This document shows, one piece after another, positions 61,239 to 64,000 of a stretch of 64,000 bases of DNA (within the stretch, counting starts at the first letter, position 1; the number at the start of each line of letters is the position of its first letter). The notes under the pieces are model-generated. The model searched no databases and was not told the DNA's origin. It worked only from the letters and a program-made list of their open reading frames with translations. This DNA comes from a candidate division WOR-3 bacterium (GTDB lineage Bacteria; Hydrothermota; Tepidihabitantia; Tepidihabitantales; Tepidihabitantaceae): NCBI GenBank assembly GCA_965649205.1, contig CBFGJV010000001.1, positions 32,001-96,000 of the forward strand. The letters are read 5' to 3'. A program made the position numbers and the translations under genes.

Positions 61239-61322
61239 AAACGCTTGACCGTCGGTGTAGTGCATATATACTGGGTAATGTGACAATAGATAGGATGGGC
61301 AGGATGTTTGTCAGGAGGTAAG

Positions 61323-61715
61323 GTGAAGGCCAGAATCATTCTTTGGAGTGTCGTCGGGCTTCTTGTAATTTTGGGAATTGTGCTGATAGTAGCGACGTCG
61401 GGAAGACGTCCGACGGTACGCAAGACCTTAGAAAGCGTTCAGCTGCACGCAGACAGGACCTACCGTCAGCTGGAGCGTATCCGCGTGAGTGTTGACAGTT
61501 TACGTGCCAGCGCACAAAGCAGCCCGGATATGGCTCAGAAGTTGGAAGAGTTTGATCGTCTGGTGGCAGCTGCAAAGGAGAAGTTGGAGCAGGTCAAGTC
61601 CGCAACGACTGTGCGTGACGCAGAAAACTGGCTCCGGGAAGCAAAAGAATTGGTACGTCAGGCTCGCCGAAAATCTGAGCTAATTGGTGGTACACATCCG
61701 CTGCGCAGCAAATAG
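61323..61715 (+). CDS. Hypothetical membrane-anchored helical protein (paralog of 60799-61176)
   Basis: SD AGGAGG; KARIILWSVVGLLVI; own TTGACC..TATACT promoter. Confidence 0.7.
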   Translation: MKARIILWSVVGLLVILGIVLIVATSGRRPTVRKTLESVQLHADRTYRQLERIRVSVDSLRASAQSSPDMAQKLEEFDRLVAAAKEKLEQVKSATTVRDAENWLREAKELVRQARRKSELIGGTHPLRSK

Positions 61716-61741
61716 CGTTATTGTGGACTGGCACCTCTAAA

Positions 61742-62629
61742 TCAAGGCCAGCGATAGGCTAGACGAGCAGAAGGGGGCCAACCGAAAAAATTTTCTGCAG
61801 TCTCTTCCATCAATTGGAAAAGAAGAGAACGAAGCCTGGGACGAGGTTTTATCAATTTTGGTTCGCCCCTCATCCCGCACAGATTGGCCGCGATGCGTTT
61901 GGCGTGTTCAAATGTGCCCAGACTGTCAATGAGGCCATAGGCTTGTGCTTGGCGTCCGGTCAGGATTCTTCCGTCAGCCACCGGTCTCAAGCTGTCCAGA
62001 GGTATCTTGCGTTCTTCGCTTACAATCTGGAGAAACTGGTCATAAACGTCGGAAACCACAGATTGAAGAAGCGCTTTCTCAGTCTCTGTCATTGGTCGAA
62101 AAGGGGAACCGATATCTTTATGCTCAGCGGATTTCACCACCGCCACGTCCAGCCCCAGCTTCTCCATCAGCCCTTTGACTACGGGAAACTCCATGATTAC
62201 TCCGATAGAACCGGTCAGTGTGCCAGGGTTGGCCACTATGACGTTGGCTGGGCAGGAAACGTAGTAACCGCCCGAAGCAGCCAGAGTTCCCATAGAAACA
62301 ACCACGGGCTTACCTGATTTGCGCACTCGTTTCAGTTCCGCATAAATTTCGTGTGAAGGAGTTACCGCGCCTCCAGGACTGTCCACACGAATTAGCAGCC
62401 CCTTCACCAGCGGGTTGCGTTCCAGCGAGCGAAGGTCGCGGATAAATTGTCTGGAATCTGAGATGGTACCTTTGACCTCCAGGTAACCTAGGCCGGTCCC
62501 CAAGCTGCCCCAGGAAGAATCCTGTCCCCTAATTCCTGAAACTATAAGTGCCCCAATGACAAAAAGGGGAAAGACGACCAGACTGCCAACAAGCGCAGCT
62601 ATCAGAACAAGGATGCCTTTGCGGCTCAT
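61742..62629 (-). CDS. sppA: Signal peptide peptidase SppA (36K type)
   Basis: RVDSPGG, AASGGYY, TGSIGV, HKDIGSPFR, DGRILTGRQA. Confidence 0.95.
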   Translation of the reverse strand: MSRKGILVLIAALVGSLVVFPLFVIGALIVSGIRGQDSSWGSLGTGLGYLEVKGTISDSRQFIRDLRSLERNPLVKGLLIRVDSPGGAVTPSHEIYAELKRVRKSGKPVVVSMGTLAASGGYYVSCPANVIVANPGTLTGSIGVIMEFPVVKGLMEKLGLDVAVVKSAEHKDIGSPFRPMTETEKALLQSVVSDVYDQFLQIVSEERKIPLDSLRPVADGRILTGRQAQAYGLIDSLGTFEHAKRIAANLCGMRGEPKLIKPRPRLRSLLFQLMEETAENFFGWPPSARLAYRWP

Positions 62630-62636
62630 AAAGGTA

Positions 62637-62709
<73 letters not shown>

Positions 62710-62797
62710 GTCAAACCACTCGTCAGCCAGGAGTATAAAACCTCTGTGGCTTTGTATCCCGTCACCTGGGAGAATAATAGAGAAAAGAACGCTTGGG

Positions 62798-64000
62798 TCA
62801 AGTTGCTCTGCGTCGGCGTATGCGAAGCTTGGCGGTGAAGACAAGCTCAGAGTCGAATAGGCGTGCGGCCGCCAGGATACAGGCTGCGGCGAAGACCGCC
62901 ATATACCCGAAACCAACAAAGACAATGGAAGTCTGGCCAAGAAACAGGGCTCGCGGGGCAAGGAACGGGTAGGAGAACGGTATGGCATAAATCAGGAAGC
63001 GCAACGGAGCGGCCACAGTGGCTACATCAAAGAACATCGTGAAGAGGTAAGGAATCAGTACTAGAATCATTACTGGCGTTATGAACATTTGAGCACTTTT
63101 TGCATCTTCTGCAAATACAGCTAGCAAGGTAGCAAGCGAAAGCGCAGCCAGAACAGCAAGAAAGAGTGAGCATCCTATTAGAAGGAGCGATATCGGGTTG
63201 AATCCGATGTGGAGGCTGAATGGATTAATTCCCGCCGCCCCGCCCGCCGTATATCCGGCAAACGAACCCATATACCATATCATTCCGCCCATAACAATGC
63301 CTGCCACTATCAGAGCTATCAGGGATGCTCCTAGCATCTTCCCGATTACGATGCTGGTGTGCCTAATGGGAACGGTAAGCAGGGTTTCTAGGGTCTTGTT
63401 CTCTTTCTCCTGTCCGATAGAGGCGGCCACCATCTGGCTGGAGTAAATGATGACTAGTAGGAGGATGATGGGAATCATCATGGTTTGAGAAAACACATGG
63501 TTCTGGAGGGTTTGGGGAGAGCCTGGCACAACTCGGTCGCGCAGAACTACATATTCCCTTGCTCGCAGAGGAGTCTGGAGATTGGCGGAATTGACCGTCG
63601 GGTAGGCCTGCTCTAGATATTTTTGAACCAATAGCTGGTTTGCGCGACCAAGTCTGGCCTGCACTTCGAATCCTTTCATGGCCTGAGTTACCGAGAATCC
63701 TTGGAGGAAATTGAAAACACTGAGTTCGACAGTGGAATAATTCTTCAATCTGTCTGACAAACCTTGGGGTATGAGCACAACCCAGCTGGCGTTGATTCTG
63801 GCTGCCAGATTAAACAAGGAGTCCGGGTTGGACTGGGCTACCAGAATGGCAACTTGATCCTCCGCTATGATTTGGGTTAGTTCCCGTGATAAGTCAGACT
63901 GATCCAGGTCGGATATCATGAATTTCTGCGGAGTCTGATTGCGACGTCGCTCCGAACGTATGGCCTGACCCAGAAAGGCAAACACCACGGTCATTGCTAC
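62798..64000 (-). CDS. ABC-2 type transporter permease (NatB-like), 5' end outside the window
   Basis: EKENKTLETLLTVP, GKML, KSAQ, IPFSYP. Confidence 0.88.
   Translation of the reverse strand, partial: VAMTVVFAFLGQAIRSERRRNQTPQKFMISDLDQSDLSRELTQIIAEDQVAILVAQSNPDSLFNLAARINASWVVLIPQGLSDRLKNYSTVELSVFNFLQGFSVTQAMKGFEVQARLGRANQLLVQKYLEQAYPTVNSANLQTPLRAREYVVLRDRVVPGSPQTLQNHVFSQTMMIPIILLLVIIYSSQMVAASIGQEKENKTLETLLTVPIRHTSIVIGKMLGASLIALIVAGIVMGGMIWYMGSFAGYTAGGAAGINPFSLHIGFNPISLLLIGCSLFLAVLAALSLATLLAVFAEDAKSAQMFITPVMILVLIPYLFTMFFDVATVAAPLRFLIYAIPFSYPFLAPRALFLGQTSIVFVGFGYMAVFAAACILAAARLFDSELVFTAKLRIRRRRAT

Overview
Gene-dense bacterial window. The many secreted proteins with FlgD-Ig/T9SS-like C-terminal domains, the Kelch protein and the PorV-family gene suggest an FCB-related lineage such as candidate division WOR-3 (inference). 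The left end (1-5100, minus strand) is a type V-B CRISPR-Cas locus: a ~1390-aa Cas12b/C2c1 followed by a Cas4-Cas1 fusion that runs off the window. No array or tracrRNA is visible. Both cas genes are broken by single-base lesions (an in-frame TAG, two 1-bp homopolymer indels, possibly a lost ATG). Next come a degenerate G-rich 12-bp array and a divergent Xre-HTH gene whose palindromic operator recurs 44 kb away. The rest holds a six-gene corrinoid methyltransferase cluster (MttB-type plus split MetH), an eight-gene CTD/PorV/TPR/ExbBD/TonB/OmpA-like operon, CTD-bearing S8, M14 and C25 peptidases and a Kelch protein, mfd, etfB-etfA-hdrA-mvhD, tRNA-Glu, a second 12-bp array, an ECF sigma/anti-sigma operon, fhs, cstA, amrS, rarA, secA, sppA, tRNA-Ile and an ABC permease. 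Several genes look leaderless. All family assignments come from motif recognition by eye; no database search was run.
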